Assembly (NCBI RefSeq): GCF_001194135.2
Contig: NC_068988.1
Location: forward strand, 20,803,097-20,867,096
Source: Octopus bimaculoides
Taxonomy: Eukaryota
Direction of reading: 5' to 3'
DNA length: 64,000 nucleotides
Shown here: positions 62,950-64,000 of the stretch, in pieces
How the letters are laid out: every line of letters begins with the position of its first letter
Numbering within the stretch: position 1 is the first letter of the stretch
Translations under genes and position numbers: made by a program
Notes under the pieces: generated by a model
Seen by the model: only the letters and a program-made list of their open reading frames with translations
What the model was told of the DNA's origin: nothing
The model's database searches: none

Positions 62950-63165
62950 ATAATAATAATAATCCTTTCTATAGGCACAAGGCCTGAAATGGGGGGAGGA
63001 GCTAGTCGATTACATCAACCCCAGTGCATAACTGGTACTTATTTCATTGACCCTGAAAGGATGAAAGATAAAGTCGACTTCAGCAACATGTGAAATGAGA
63101 AGAAATGCCACTAAGCACTTTGTCTGAAGCGCTAATGATTCTACCAGTTGACCACCATAATAATA
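62950..63165 (-). mobile_element. Family G SINE
   Basis: tcctttctataggcacaaggcctgaaat...cgattacatcaaccccagtgc...gaaaggatgaaag. Confidence 0.8.
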
Positions 63166-63667
63166 ATAATAGTAATAATAATAATATGAAAATATAGTGT
63201 TTGAAATCATTTGTTATTGGAGATAGCCTTGCATACAGGGAAATGCCCATATATGGTACTGCTGTTTTATAACTAGCAGACTACAGAATTAAAATTCTTC
63301 ATACACTATTTGAGGCGGGGGAGAGATGAAAAAAGAAAAAAAAAAAGGAAAATAAAGACAGAAAAGCTCTAGTTTGGTATTATGGGACCCTTGAGTTCTA
63401 AATATTGAATAATTAATTATGAAGGGCCACTATACAAATAACATGTCACTGATTCCAGAAAAGCCAGTGTGAAAATTTGGCCTAACTTCAAAAGGTCTTT
63501 ATGTGTGTATATATATTAATCTAGCTCAGTATATGCATGAACTTACAGCACGCATGTGCAAGCACGCACATATTTTCAATCTAGATATATATTGAACACT
63601 CCCAATATTTCGCTATTAAAATAAACATCGACATAAAAATGACCTGAATGTGTAAGCGTGTGTGTGG

Positions 63668-63702
<35 letters not shown>

Positions 63703-63939
63703 TTATTAGACAAGGTCTGAACCAATTTTTAAATGCCCGCCTGTACTGGTTTACTTAAATTTTTCTACTGTCTCTAGGAATGGCATGAATATTACCAATT
63801 GAATCACTGAGGGAGGAAAAATTCTACAAATGTGTTTGTCTTTATGTAAATAGACACAGATTGTGTATGACTATATATATTTTACAAACACATGCATGCA
63901 CACATACATATGCACATAAATACATTTATACATACACAC

Positions 63940-63951
63940 ATATATACACGT

Positions 63952-64000
<49 letters not shown>
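63940..64000. repeat. (TA)n microsatellite
   Basis: Direct inspection. Confidence 0.95.

Overview
This is AT-rich, microsatellite-dense, gapped eukaryotic draft sequence. It is almost certainly a coleoid cephalopod (octopus-type) genome, inferred from the SINE families and the RTE C-terminal motif. The window is mostly intronic or intergenic and has no long real ORF. The ORF-track entries are mainly N-gaps, microsatellites and SINE read-through. Well-supported content: (A) about 18 copies of a tRNA/CORE-type SINE; (B) a second tRNA SINE with a (CAA)n tail and 14-bp TSDs, plus a chimeric relative; (C) many 3' tails of an RTE LINE carrying copy-number-variable double-hairpin modules, with one copy still attached to the RTE ORF C-terminus; (D/G) SINEs with a Meta/Sauria-like central domain; (F) a chimera of the A head and an RTE-type tail; TTAA-flanked piggyBac-type MITEs; and one DINE-1/HINE (Helentron)-like element. 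Plus-strand A-skew and several strong minus-strand splice signals suggest a large minus-strand host gene with candidate small exons. I could not identify that gene and all exon calls are low confidence. The most notable signals are modular head/core/tail swapping among SINEs, the RTE 3'UTR hairpin arrays, a probable heterozygous SINE-in-SINE insertion assembled as a tandem duplicate, and two same-phase candidate alternative first exons. No prokaryote-type system (CRISPR, operon) is present.
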